DNA of 64,000 nt, taken from the NCBI GenBank assembly GCA_964599405.1, contig CAZRED010000002.1:44198-108197 (forward strand), written 5' to 3'. This DNA is from an uncultured Candidatus Saccharibacteria bacterium. Lineage in GTDB: Bacteria > Patescibacteriota > UBA1384 > 2-12-FULL-50-11. Numbering within the stretch: the stretch's first letter is position 1; every line of letters starts with the position of its first letter. The notes below the pieces were generated by a model. The model saw only the letters and a list, made by a program, of their open reading frames with translations. It was not told the origin of the DNA and made no database searches. Made by a program: the position numbers and the translations under genes. Below are positions 38,921-48,725 of this stretch, in pieces.

Positions 38921-39883
38921 ATGTCTCGACCAATCTGGTTGGTTGTCGGTATTAGTGCTCTTATTTTTGCCGCTTTTTCGTTTTTGCGTCCAGCCGATGC
39001 TATCGAGCAAAAAATTGCCGCTACCAATTCGCTCCATCCGGTGGAAGTATTTCAGAGCGACGCCTCGGCGCGTTCGTTGAGCGAGGCGTTTGCGTTGGCG
39101 GGTGTTGAATACTACCCAGAAGATCGAATCACCGCTTTTCCCAACCCATCTCTAGGTTTAGGCAGCGTTATTACCGTTGAGCGAGCGCTGCCAATTGCTC
39201 TGAAAGACGGCAAACGTTCGTATTTAATCCGCACCTGGCAGAGTACGGTTGGGGAGCTGTTGAATGAAAAAAAGATTACTCTGATGGCCGAGGATCGGAT
39301 TTCCCCTTCGCTGGCCACACCGCTTCAAATCAATTTGCCAATAACTATCACTCGGGTAGCTCGGACAACGGTGGTGGAAACGGAAGTGATTCAGTACCAA
39401 ACAATAATTGAAAAAGACTATACCCAGTTCGTTGGAGCGAGCACTGTTCTGACTTCAGGCAAGAACGGGGAAAAACAGAACACTTATTTAGTAATCAGGG
39501 AGGATGGAGACCTTATTAGCAAAACTTTGACTGGTAGCGTTGTAACTATTCAGTCGCAAACCGCCCGAGTCCGGCAAGGGGGCTTGAACCCAGTTTCCAG
39601 TAAATGCGCGCAGTATAAAGATTGGGTAGTTGACGCTAGTTTGAAAAATAAAATTGATCCAAATGCGCTGTTTTACCGCATGCAAAAGGAGAGTAACTGT
39701 AATCCAAACTCCATTGCCTCGGCTGGCTACCAGGGATTATTACAGTATGACCCAGTACTTTGGGTGACATTGAGTGCCAAAGCTGGGTTGCCGGGTGCGA
39801 GCATTTGGGACGCGAAAAGTCAGATATACGTGACTGCTTGGGCCTGGGCAAACGGACACCGTTCCCGCTGGCCAAATCCATAG
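38921..39883 (+). CDS. YabE/RpfB-like cell-wall protein: DUF348 + G5 + lysozyme-like domain
   Basis: TV.ELL....I.L..ED.ISP, G.NG.K G5 pattern, ES.CNP..GLLQY; precedes rsmA. Confidence 0.8.
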   Translation: MSRPIWLVVGISALIFAAFSFLRPADAIEQKIAATNSLHPVEVFQSDASARSLSEAFALAGVEYYPEDRITAFPNPSLGLGSVITVERALPIALKDGKRSYLIRTWQSTVGELLNEKKITLMAEDRISPSLATPLQINLPITITRVARTTVVETEVIQYQTIIEKDYTQFVGASTVLTSGKNGEKQNTYLVIREDGDLISKTLTGSVVTIQSQTARVRQGGLNPVSSKCAQYKDWVVDASLKNKIDPNALFYRMQKESNCNPNSIASAGYQGLLQYDPVLWVTLSAKAGLPGASIWDAKSQIYVTAWAWANGHRSRWPNP

Positions 39884-39948
39884 AATAAACTGAAAAACGG
39901 CGAGCCTAACCCTCGCAAAAATATGTGTTTCAGGGTAAAATTGCGCTG

Positions 39949-40755
39949 ATGAATCCGTCTGAAATTCTAAAAACCCTCGATAAATTTCCCAACAAAAAGT
40001 TTGGGCAGCATTTTTTAACCGACGTTAAAGCCCTTGCCGACATCGTTGAGGCCGCCGAACTCTCTAAGAATCAGACGGTTGTGGAAATCGGGCCGGGCTT
40101 GGGCGTATTAACCGAACAGCTCTCACAAAAAGCCGGCCGGGTGATTGCCGTGGAGGCCGATCGAGAACTGGCAGAGTACCTTCGTGACCGCAACCTGCCC
40201 AATGTCACCGTCATTACCGGTGATGCGCTGCAGGTGGAGTGGGATTTGACTATTGAGGGCGAATACAAAGTCGTTGCCAATATTCCTTATTCAATTACAT
40301 CACCGCTCTTAAGAAAGATTTTCTCGCTGACCAAAAAGCCAACCGAAGTGATTTTATTGGTTCAAAAAGAGCTAGCGGAACGCCTAGTGGCGGTACCAAA
40401 AACCCGCGCTCGCGGTTTTATGACTGTTTTGCGGGAAGCCAATGCTGGAGCAGAGATTTTACGAACAGTTAGCCCAGGCAGTTTTTACCCAGCGCCAAAA
40501 GTGGACTCCGCCGTTATCAAAATTACACCGTTCAAAGAAAGTAAAATGGAGCTGCTCTTCTGGCCGATTGTTGAATCTGGCTTTCGCCATAAGCGCCAAA
40601 CTCTTGCTAACGCTTTATCGGCCGATTTGCAGATTGCCAAAAGCGAAACCGCTAAAGTCTTGGAGAGTCTAAAGCTTACCGCCATGGCTCGGGCCGAAGA
40701 ACTGTCGTTTGAGCAATGGGAAAAACTCTGCACCGTTTTAAAGGAGAAAATCTAA
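39949..40755 (+). CDS. rsmA: 16S rRNA m6,2A dimethyltransferase
   Basis: KKFGQHFL, EIGPGLG.LT, ANIPY.IT, QKE.A.R, F.PAPKVDS. Confidence 0.96.
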   Translation: MNPSEILKTLDKFPNKKFGQHFLTDVKALADIVEAAELSKNQTVVEIGPGLGVLTEQLSQKAGRVIAVEADRELAEYLRDRNLPNVTVITGDALQVEWDLTIEGEYKVVANIPYSITSPLLRKIFSLTKKPTEVILLVQKELAERLVAVPKTRARGFMTVLREANAGAEILRTVSPGSFYPAPKVDSAVIKITPFKESKMELLFWPIVESGFRHKRQTLANALSADLQIAKSETAKVLESLKLTAMARAEELSFEQWEKLCTVLKEKI

Positions 40756-41414
40756 TGCTCTATATCGTGGCAACGCCAATCGGTAATCTGGAAGACATCA
40801 CCTTCCGGGCTGTCGATATTCTCAAAACTGTCGAGAAGATTTACTGTGAAGATACCAGGAGAACACGTATTCTCCTTGCTCGCTTTAGCATAACTACCCC
40901 AACCGAAAGTTTTCATCATTACTCCGACGGAAAAATCGCTCAAATCATCAAAGACCTCCAAGATGGCGCCGATTTTGCCTACGTTAGCGACGCCGGTACA
41001 CCGGGGATTGCCGACCCGGGCGGGAAGCTAGTCGAAGCGGCGCACATTGCTGGTGTACAGGTAGTGCCAATTCCTGGTGCCTCTTCCGTAACAGCCCTAC
41101 TCTCCGTTGCCGGTATCCCAGCCAATCAGTACCGCTTTGCTGGTTATGTCCCCACTAAGAAGGGTCGCCAAACATTCATAAAGAAACTTTTGGAAGCCGA
41201 TGAAGCGGTAGTCTTTTTTGAAACAGCGCCGCGAATTCAGAAATTTTTCGACCAAGTAATTGCCCTCGGTGGTGCTGACCAGGAATTTGTTGTTGGCCGT
41301 GAACTAACTAAAAAGTTCGAAGAAGTTAAACGCGGCAATCCAATTGAGCTAAAAGAGGATTTCGCTAAACCGCTCGGCGAATTTGTGGGCGTGATTAACC
41401 CGAAAAAAAGTTAG
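40755..41414 (+). CDS. rsmI: 16S rRNA C1402 2'-O-methyltransferase
   Basis: LYIVATPIGNL.DIT, EDTR, SDAGTP.I.DPG, RELTK. Confidence 0.96.
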   Translation: MLYIVATPIGNLEDITFRAVDILKTVEKIYCEDTRRTRILLARFSITTPTESFHHYSDGKIAQIIKDLQDGADFAYVSDAGTPGIADPGGKLVEAAHIAGVQVVPIPGASSVTALLSVAGIPANQYRFAGYVPTKKGRQTFIKKLLEADEAVVFFETAPRIQKFFDQVIALGGADQEFVVGRELTKKFEEVKRGNPIELKEDFAKPLGEFVGVINPKKS

Positions 41415-41425
41415 ATATTTTTCCA

Positions 41426-41674
41426 TAGTCGGCAAGATAGCCGACTAAGCAACTTCTCCTCGGCTGTAGTAGTTGCTATAGTAAGACAACAGTTGATTGT
41501 TATCTTTAATCTAAGCAGGGGAACTGCCTGGCTCACCGTCGAGCCAGCTGGCCTGAAACCCACAACCAAGGCTTTTTGCGCAAACTGCTTTGGATTGGCT
41601 AGTAAGCCAAGGGAGATACTAAAAGACACCAAGGGCTCGCGCCCGTCGCGAGCCCAGTTTTAGTCAGCTGGCTC
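41426..41674. ncRNA. Candidate structured RNA or metG leader (unclassified)
   Basis: At least six stems in 250 nt, e.g. TAGTCGGC/GCCGACTA, GGGCTCGCG/CGCGAGCCC, GAGCCAGCTG/CAGCTGGCTC. Confidence 0.45.
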
Positions 41675-41692
41675 TTAAGGTAAGATTTAGGG

Positions 41693-43123
41693 GTGAAAAA
41701 GACCTACATTACTACCTCCATCGCATACATTAATGCCGAGCCGCATATCGGTTTTTTGTTGGAGCTGTTATCGGCGGATGTGTTAGCCCGCTACCACAAA
41801 CTTCAGGGCGAAGAAGTATTTTTTACCACTGGCACTGACGAGCACGGCTCGAAAATTGCTCAAGCGGCCGAGGCGGCGGGCAAAGAGCCGCAAAAGTACG
41901 CCGACGAAATTTCCAAAAAGTTTGAAAAACTCGGCAAGGATTTTGGGATTGAATTTGATTTCTTTGTCCGCACTACCGACCCAAAACATAAGAAATTCGC
42001 TCAAGAGCGCTGGAAACAGCTGGAAAAAGCTGGGGCTTTGGAGAAGCGCAAATATAAAGGTTACTACTGCGTTGGCTGTGAGGCCTTTAAAACCGAACGG
42101 GAAATCGCCGGCAATAAATGCTTAATTCATGAAAAAGAGCTAGAAGTAATCGAGGAAGAGAACTGGTTCTTCAAGCTATCAGATTACCAAGAGAAAATTT
42201 TGGAGTGGTTAATTCAGGAAAAACCGGTCAAGCCGGAGGGGCGTTTGAACGAAGTTATCAACGTTGTTAAAGAGCTGGAAGACATTAGTTTTAGCCGACC
42301 GAAAGACAAATTGAGCTGGGGCGTGCCCGTGCCTGCCTCGCCAGCGAAGCAAGGCGGGCCGGGGGATCCCGAGCAAACAATGTATGTCTGGGCCGATGCC
42401 CTCTGGAACTATTTGTCGGTCTTTGAGCTGGCGGGCAAGGACAGTAAAGAATACTGGCCGGCTGACCTGCAGATTATCGGCAAAGATATTTTGAAATTTC
42501 ATGGGGCAATATGGCCAGGGCTACTATTAGCTTGTGGCTACGAATTGCCAAAAAAACTACTAGTCCACGGGTTTGTGAATGTGGACGGTAAAAAAATGTC
42601 GAAATCGCTTGGCAATGTAATTACGCCGAAAGAGTTGCTGGAGCGTTACGGCCGGGAGGCCACCCGCTACCTGATTTTCCGCCAACTTTCGTACTACGAA
42701 GACAGTAATTTCACTTGGGAGGATTTTGACGCCATCTATAACGGCGATTTAGCTAACGGTATCGGCAACTTAGCGAACCGAGTAATTGGCTTGCTGAAGC
42801 GCTTTAAAGCGGAATCAGTGGTGCCAAAAAAGGTGGAAATTGAGTCGGCACTAGCTGACGAAGATTTTGGTGCGGAGCTGGAAAAAGTCCGGAGCTTACT
42901 GGGCGCTGCCGACCAGTGGATTACCGAAGTGGAGCCCTGGAGCTGGGGTAAAGACGAGCCGGTGTCTAAGGACCAAATAAACAATTTAATTGACCAATCC
43001 AACCTATTTGAAATTGCTGTCCGGCTGGAGCCGTTCATGCCCGAAACGGCCCAGTCTATCCGGGAGCAGCTAAAAACTCTGAAAGCCGAACCGCTCTTCC
43101 CGCGCTTGGTTACACCCACGTAG
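41693..43123 (+). CDS. metG: Methionine--tRNA ligase, short form
   Basis: Y.N..PHIG, GTDEHG.KI, YVW.DAL.NY, GKDI.KFH, KMSKS. Confidence 0.97.
   Translation: MKKTYITTSIAYINAEPHIGFLLELLSADVLARYHKLQGEEVFFTTGTDEHGSKIAQAAEAAGKEPQKYADEISKKFEKLGKDFGIEFDFFVRTTDPKHKKFAQERWKQLEKAGALEKRKYKGYYCVGCEAFKTEREIAGNKCLIHEKELEVIEEENWFFKLSDYQEKILEWLIQEKPVKPEGRLNEVINVVKELEDISFSRPKDKLSWGVPVPASPAKQGGPGDPEQTMYVWADALWNYLSVFELAGKDSKEYWPADLQIIGKDILKFHGAIWPGLLLACGYELPKKLLVHGFVNVDGKKMSKSLGNVITPKELLERYGREATRYLIFRQLSYYEDSNFTWEDFDAIYNGDLANGIGNLANRVIGLLKRFKAESVVPKKVEIESALADEDFGAELEKVRSLLGAADQWITEVEPWSWGKDEPVSKDQINNLIDQSNLFEIAVRLEPFMPETAQSIREQLKTLKAEPLFPRLVTPT
42332..42358 (+). repeat. 27-bp in-frame hairpin insertion in metG
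   Basis: CCTGCCT...GCGAAGC.AGGCGGG encodes PASPAKQGG inside WGVPV|PGDP. Confidence 0.65.
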
Positions 43124-43135
43124 AGCGGCACGTTG

Positions 43136-43269
43136 TTTGAGCGACTTACGCAGCCGTCTTGGCACGGTCGCACCCCTGGTGCGCAAGCGGCGAGGAATTA
43201 AGCGTAGCGATTTTGCGAAGCAAATTCTGAACAGAGGTGATGATTCGCTGGACGAGCAAGCGGTCGCGA
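43136..43269 (+). repeat. Structured intergenic repeat family A, copy 1 (134 bp)
   Basis: Near-identical to the reverse complement of 45974-46105. Confidence 0.95.
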
Positions 43270-43328
43270 AAATAATGTGACGCTCGTAGCTAGCTTGCCT
43301 TTTTCCAGGTATTTGCCAACATTGAGGT

Positions 43329-44177
43329 ATGTTACTTGCCTTCATCTCCGCCATCTCTTCGGCGGCCAGCACTATCTACGATAAGTGGCTACTTACCCGC
43401 GAGCGGCTATCGATTGGGACGCTGCTCTCGATCGGTTTCTTGCTAATCGCTGGCATCACACTGACACTAACCCCGTTTTTAGGGGCGATTGATTGGGACT
43501 TGGCGCTACTGCCTAACAGCCTGTTCCTGCTGTTTATTATGGTAATTCTAGCGACGGCTTGGAACGTGCTCTACTATCAGGGGCTACAGAAACAGAAAGT
43601 CCACGACCACGAGTTAATGATGATGCTGGCGCCGGTGCTAACAATCTTGCTGGCTGCCGTCTTCTACCAAGAAGAGCTGGATATGCGGGTATTTTGGCTG
43701 GCGATTATTGCCAGCTTAACGCTGCTGTTTGCCAAGGGCCAAAAAGAACACTTCTTTCTGAACCAAAACTCCTACAACACTTTTCTGGCGGTGGTACTGC
43801 TCTCGGCCGAAACTATTGTTATTCGCGAGCTACTTTACTCGTACACGCCGGTGGCGCTTTACTCTGTTCGAACCATAATCTTGGCGGTGTTCTTTATGCT
43901 CTACTACCGGCCGCGTTCGTCGCAGATATCAATCCGGCACTGGTGGATGGTGGCCGGCAGTGCCCTACTTGGGGTAATCCTGATGCTAACCCGCTACTAT
44001 TCCTTTGCCGAGACCGGCATTATCTACACGATGTTGGTGTTGGTAATCTCGCCGATGATTGTCTACTTTGCCTCCTGGGAGATGCTCCACGAAAAAATCC
44101 GTCCGCGCATTTTGATTGCCGCGGTAGTGATATTAACCTGTGTGACACTGGCCACCACGATTATTTTCGGTAGTTAA
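43329..44177 (+). CDS. EamA/DMT family transporter
   Basis: About 10 TM helices with twofold repeat, P..T..LA....E motifs. Confidence 0.8.
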   Translation: MLLAFISAISSAASTIYDKWLLTRERLSIGTLLSIGFLLIAGITLTLTPFLGAIDWDLALLPNSLFLLFIMVILATAWNVLYYQGLQKQKVHDHELMMMLAPVLTILLAAVFYQEELDMRVFWLAIIASLTLLFAKGQKEHFFLNQNSYNTFLAVVLLSAETIVIRELLYSYTPVALYSVRTIILAVFFMLYYRPRSSQISIRHWWMVAGSALLGVILMLTRYYSFAETGIIYTMLVLVISPMIVYFASWEMLHEKIRPRILIAAVVILTCVTLATTIIFGS

Positions 44178-44959
44178 TGCGCGCGCTAGATTCACACGCC
44201 CATCTGGATTTTTCCAATTTCGATGCTGATCGCAATACTTTAGTTGCCGAGCTGGCTAAAGAGCGGATCGGCGTTATCAATATCGCCACCGATAAGGAGT
44301 CGCTAGGAAAAGTTGATCAGCTGTCGCGCGACAATCCGCTAATTTGGGGAGCGGTGGGGATTCACCCCACCGAAGTCGGGCCAAAAGCGGTGCTGAATAT
44401 TAGCGAAATAATTAACAAATTAACCGAACTGCGCGCAAATAATCCAAAAATTGTGGCGATCGGAGAAATCGGGCTGGATTATTTTCACTCCCAGGAACAT
44501 ATCGGCGATCAAAAAGTGGTGTTGCAGGAGCTGCTGAACTACGCCAAGGCCGAAGATTTACCGGTTATTTTTCACTGCCGCAATGCATATGGCGATTTGC
44601 TGACGATTTTACAGCGCTATTCGGGTTTGCGGGGAGTAATTCACTGTTTCAACGGCAACGCCGAACAAGCCAAAGGCTTTTTGGACGCGGGGCTGCACTT
44701 GTCGTTCACCGCGATGCTAACCTACAAAGCTAACGAGGGTTTGCGGGTGGTTGCTCGCGACGTACCGCTGGAAAAACTTTTGTTGGAAACAGACGCACCG
44801 TTTCTGGCGCCGCAATCGAGGCGGGGGGAGCGCAACGACCCCCGAGCGATTCTGGAAATTGCCGAGCTGCACGGCCAGCTGCGTGGAATTTCAACCGAAG
44901 AAATTTTAGAGCAAACAACCGCCAATGCCGTTAAACTGTTTGGCTTGGAAGCGAGCTAG
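44177..44959 (+). CDS. tatD: TatD family nuclease
   Basis: DSHAHL, GIHP, IGEIGLDY, HCR, HCF, ETDAP. Confidence 0.95.
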   Translation: MRALDSHAHLDFSNFDADRNTLVAELAKERIGVINIATDKESLGKVDQLSRDNPLIWGAVGIHPTEVGPKAVLNISEIINKLTELRANNPKIVAIGEIGLDYFHSQEHIGDQKVVLQELLNYAKAEDLPVIFHCRNAYGDLLTILQRYSGLRGVIHCFNGNAEQAKGFLDAGLHLSFTAMLTYKANEGLRVVARDVPLEKLLLETDAPFLAPQSRRGERNDPRAILEIAELHGQLRGISTEEILEQTTANAVKLFGLEAS

Positions 44960-44977
44960 CTGCTACGCTAAAAACAG

Positions 44978-45952
44978 ATGAACTGGGTAGATTTCCTAAT
45001 TATTATCACCTTCGGGATTTATCTGTACGAGGGTCTGCGCCGCGGCTTTATTGAACAGCTACTAGAACTGCTCGGCTTCTTTTTAACAATTATTTTGGCA
45101 CTCTGGACCTACAAGCCGCTTGGCGGTTGGCTGGTGGAGAACGTCGGCCTGGTGGCCGGAGTGGCCGAACCAATTGGATTCTTGTTGGTCTGGGTGTTTT
45201 TGCAGGCGATGTATTCGCTGGCATTGAAGCTTTCGTACCCACTGATTCCAGAAAAAATTCGTAGCGCTACCTTCAATCGAGCCACTGGACTGATACCGGC
45301 ATTTATTCGTGCCTTAATTGTCGTCGGAGTTTTATTGACGTTAGTAACGATTGCCCCCGTACCGGGGCGGCTCAAAGAGACGGTTAGCGACTCGTTAATT
45401 GGTTCAAAGTTCGTCGCTCGTTCGTCGCAAATTGAAGGCTTTATTAACCGGATTTTTGGTCGCAACGTCAAAGATAGCCTGACGTTTATCACCGTGCCGG
45501 CTCAGACAGAAGAAATTATCGCGCCGAATGAAACGGTTGACTTGAAGTTCAGCACCACTGATGTGGAGGTGGATAACGAGTCGGCAACGGAAATGCTGGA
45601 TTTAATTAACGACGAACGGGCAAAAGTTGGTCTGCACGCATTAATTTGGGACGAAGAGTTGGCCGATGTAGCCCGGGCGCACTCAAAAGACATGTTTGCC
45701 CGCGGTTATTTTTCGCACACTAACCCCGACGGCCTGTCGCCGTTTGACCGGATTGATCGAGCGGGGATTGATTTTAAAGCGGCCGGCGAGAACCTGGCTT
45801 ACGCTGCTAACGTCGAGCTGGCACACAACGGGCTGATGCGCTCCGAGGGGCATCGGGCGAACATTTTGGAGGTAGACTTTGGCCGGGTCGGTATCGGGGT
45901 GATTGACGGCGGAATCTACGGCAAGATGTTCACGCAGAATTTTCGGGACTAG
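44978..45952 (+). CDS. CvpA-family membrane domain fused to CAP/SCP domain
   Basis: MNWVD...G.RRGF N-terminus; LIN.ER, HS.DM...YF.H, GENLA, S.GHR.NI. Confidence 0.88.
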   Translation: MNWVDFLIIITFGIYLYEGLRRGFIEQLLELLGFFLTIILALWTYKPLGGWLVENVGLVAGVAEPIGFLLVWVFLQAMYSLALKLSYPLIPEKIRSATFNRATGLIPAFIRALIVVGVLLTLVTIAPVPGRLKETVSDSLIGSKFVARSSQIEGFINRIFGRNVKDSLTFITVPAQTEEIIAPNETVDLKFSTTDVEVDNESATEMLDLINDERAKVGLHALIWDEELADVARAHSKDMFARGYFSHTNPDGLSPFDRIDRAGIDFKAAGENLAYAANVELAHNGLMRSEGHRANILEVDFGRVGIGVIDGGIYGKMFTQNFRD

Positions 45953-45973
45953 TGAACGGGGCGGAAGCTCTTC

Positions 45974-46105
45974 TCGCGACCGCTTGCTCGTCCAGCGAAT
46001 CATCACCTCTGTTCAGAATTTGCTTCGCAAAATCGCTATGCTTAATTCCTCGCCGCTTGCGCCCATCGGGCGACCATGCCAAGACGGCTGCGTACGTCGC
46101 TCAAA
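45974..46105 (-). repeat. Structured intergenic repeat family A, copy 2 (132 bp, inverted)
   Basis: Reverse complement of 43136-43269 with 3 substitutions and one remodelled hairpin. Confidence 0.95.
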
Positions 46106-46155
46106 GAGTCCCGCCCCTTAGCTAGTTAGGGTTTTCCAGGTATAATTTTGGCGTT

Positions 46156-47301
46156 ATGAAACGTGTAATTGCTTTAATGAGCGGAGGAGTAGACTCTTCC
46201 GTTACTGCTGCCCTCTTGAAAGAGCAGGGCTATGATGTGATTGGGGTATATATTTTGGGCTGGACCGGTACCGACGAGTTTCCTTGTGCTTGGCAGAACG
46301 AGCAGGCCGATGCCCAGGCCGTGGCCGAAAAGCTGGGGATTCCGTTTTACACTGTTAACCTGTCAAAAGAGTACGAAACAGAAGTAATTGATACCTTTTT
46401 TGCCGGATACAACGCCGGTCGCACTCCTAACCCGGACATTATCTGTAACCGGGAAATTAAGTTCAAACATCTCTGGCAAGCAGTCCGACAATTTGAACCA
46501 GACTTTGTTGCTACCGGCCATTACGCCAAAATGAAAGAAGTTCGAAACCCGAAATCAGGTATTTCTGCCCCCGCGATTGTTAAATCGCGGGATGTAGACA
46601 AGGATCAAACATATTTTCTCTGGGGAATTGACAAGGCAATGCTGTCGAAAATCTTGTTCCCGCTGGGCGAAATGACGAAAAAACAGGTTCGCGAGCTAGC
46701 TAAAAAACACAACCTACCAACTGCCGCCAAAAAAGACAGCCAGGGAATTTGCTTCGTGGGGCCGCTGAAAGTCCGGGAGTTTCTGCGTAGCAGGGTTAAA
46801 AGCCGTCCTGGAAAGGCAGTACTGCCAACTGGCGAAGTGGTGGCCGAGCATGAAGGAGTGGAGTTCTACACCATCGGCCAACGTTTGGGTGCTGGCTCGG
46901 TGGCTTGGACCGGCGATGTCCCACCGCTCTTTGTAGCGGCTAAGGATCAAAAAACCAACACGCTAGTTGTTTCCGGCGACCATGACACGTTTGCCGATAG
47001 TTTTGTGGCCGACCAACCGAATTGGCAACAACCCGTCGCTGATTCTTTCGATTGCCTGGTGAAAGTGCGCTACCGCCAAGCCGACGTCAAAGCCAAGGTT
47101 AATGTCGTTAAGAACCAACTCCACATCACCCTGGCTGAACCAGTTCGGGCAATTACGCCGGGGCAATCGGTGGTTTTTTACTCAAACGACGGTTCACTAC
47201 TAGGTGGGGGAATCATTGCCGCTGTACCAACAGCCGACGAACTGGTACAAAAGGTACATGGAGCAAGAGCGCGCCAAACCTCTCGACGTCGCTCGAGGTA
47301 A
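46156..47301 (+). CDS. mnmA: tRNA 2-thiouridine synthase
   Basis: MSGGVDSS, TPNPD..CN..IKF, ATGHYA, KDQTYFL, DSQGICF, TPGQ. Confidence 0.97.
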   Translation: MKRVIALMSGGVDSSVTAALLKEQGYDVIGVYILGWTGTDEFPCAWQNEQADAQAVAEKLGIPFYTVNLSKEYETEVIDTFFAGYNAGRTPNPDIICNREIKFKHLWQAVRQFEPDFVATGHYAKMKEVRNPKSGISAPAIVKSRDVDKDQTYFLWGIDKAMLSKILFPLGEMTKKQVRELAKKHNLPTAAKKDSQGICFVGPLKVREFLRSRVKSRPGKAVLPTGEVVAEHEGVEFYTIGQRLGAGSVAWTGDVPPLFVAAKDQKTNTLVVSGDHDTFADSFVADQPNWQQPVADSFDCLVKVRYRQADVKAKVNVVKNQLHITLAEPVRAITPGQSVVFYSNDGSLLGGGIIAAVPTADELVQKVHGARARQTSRRRSR

Positions 47302-48424
47302 ACGACTCGCCGTTAGCCGGTTTTTAACAGTTGTTGCCGCGCTTTTGGTGTTTGGGGCTGGTGTTTTTGTTGGCACCTCGGCCGAGCGCAGCAGAACCGT
47401 CCTCGACCTATCGAAGCTTTGGCGGGTTTATTCTTTAATATCTGAAAACTACCCGGGCGAAATTAATAAAGAAACAGCGGTTGATGGAGCGATTCGTGGG
47501 CTGGTGGATAGCCTTGGGGACCCCTATAGTGCGTACCTCGGTGAAGTAGAGCGACGTCAGCTAGAGGAAGATTTAAGTGGCCAATTTGAAGGAATCGGCG
47601 CAATCCTTACCCAAAAAGATGGGACAACGGTAATTGTTGAACCAATTGAGGGCTCGCCGGCAGCTATTGCCGGATTACAGAAAGACGACGTAATTACGGC
47701 CGTTGGCGACGAAGTAGTGGCTGGCCTGGTGTTGGAAGACGTGGTGTCAAAAATTCGCGGACCGAAGGGCACGAAAGTTACCCTGACAATTCTCCGTGAT
47801 GGAACCGAGCTAACCATGGAAATTGAGCGCGGTACCATCACAGTGGAATCGGTTAAGTCGGAAAAACGTGGCGATATCGGCATTATTCATATCAGACAGT
47901 TCGGCGACGATACGGTGGAGGGGGTGCGCTCGGCGATTGCCGATTTAGAGAAACAGAATGTCACGGCCTACTTGATTGATTTACGCGATAACCCGGGAGG
48001 CTATCTCAACTCCGTTCCACCTATTGCCGGTTTCTTTTTGCCGCCAGGCTCAACGGTGGTCAAGCAACTTTACCAGGGGGGACAGAAAGATGAGCTGCGC
48101 ACCACCGAAGCGCCACTAGTATCGACGAAACCGCTTTACATATTTATCAACGGCGGCTCGGCCTCGGCCTCCGAAATTTTAGCCGGAGCGCTGCAGGATC
48201 ACGGTCGGGCAACGGTACTCGGCGAAAAATCTTACGGCAAGGGCTCGGTTCAGGACATCATTAACCTGCGCGGCAACACGGCGCTGCGCCTAACCATTGC
48301 CGAATGGATTACGCCAAACGATCGACACATTTCTAAGGTAGGGATTGAGCCGGATCAGCAAATTGTTAACGACGACAATGCGGCGGGGCTGCAACAAGCT
48401 CTAGATTTCATCGCCAGCCACTAA
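47258..48424 (+). CDS. ctpA: S41 C-terminal processing protease
   Basis: L.DPYS, GIGA PDZ, DLR.NPGG, SASASEI, GKGSVQ. Confidence 0.93.
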   Translation: MEQERAKPLDVARGKRLAVSRFLTVVAALLVFGAGVFVGTSAERSRTVLDLSKLWRVYSLISENYPGEINKETAVDGAIRGLVDSLGDPYSAYLGEVERRQLEEDLSGQFEGIGAILTQKDGTTVIVEPIEGSPAAIAGLQKDDVITAVGDEVVAGLVLEDVVSKIRGPKGTKVTLTILRDGTELTMEIERGTITVESVKSEKRGDIGIIHIRQFGDDTVEGVRSAIADLEKQNVTAYLIDLRDNPGGYLNSVPPIAGFFLPPGSTVVKQLYQGGQKDELRTTEAPLVSTKPLYIFINGGSASASEILAGALQDHGRATVLGEKSYGKGSVQDIINLRGNTALRLTIAEWITPNDRHISKVGIEPDQQIVNDDNAAGLQQALDFIASH

Positions 48425-48445
48425 TTCTTTTGGCATACTAATTTT

Positions 48446-48688
48446 ATGCCCGAGACACTGCTATCGCTCGACAAAGATAAAGCCGCTGCCCGTACCGAAG
48501 CGCCGTTGCCAAATGCTGCCAAGCCAGAACTACGAAGTATTGGTGTAACGGCGGTAGCAATACTGTTTCTACTAGCATTTGTGTTGCTAGTCTGGATTGT
48601 TATATCGCTAGTCCGGCCAAACAGTGGGCTGGATGCGGTATTTCCATTTTTAACTGGTGCTGCTAATTCCGATAATTTAAGCTTTTAG
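48446..48688 (+). CDS. Small single-TM hypothetical protein
   Basis: One TM helix; own TGn-CATACT -10 six nt upstream. Confidence 0.55.
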   Translation: MPETLLSLDKDKAAARTEAPLPNAAKPELRSIGVTAVAILFLLAFVLLVWIVISLVRPNSGLDAVFPFLTGAANSDNLSF

Positions 48689-48725
48689 TTCTAGCACGTC
48701 AGGATATTTTTGCTACACTAACCCT

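Noticed and set aside
41426-41674. Identity as RNase P RNA, tmRNA, SRP RNA, T-box or SAM-I riboswitch
   Set aside because: Their hallmark sequences were not found by eye on either strand; kept only as an unclassified structure.
43559-44173. 204-aa alternative-frame ORF inside the EamA gene, and similar shadow ORFs across the window
   Set aside because: Fully nested in well-supported genes with no motifs; expected from codon bias.
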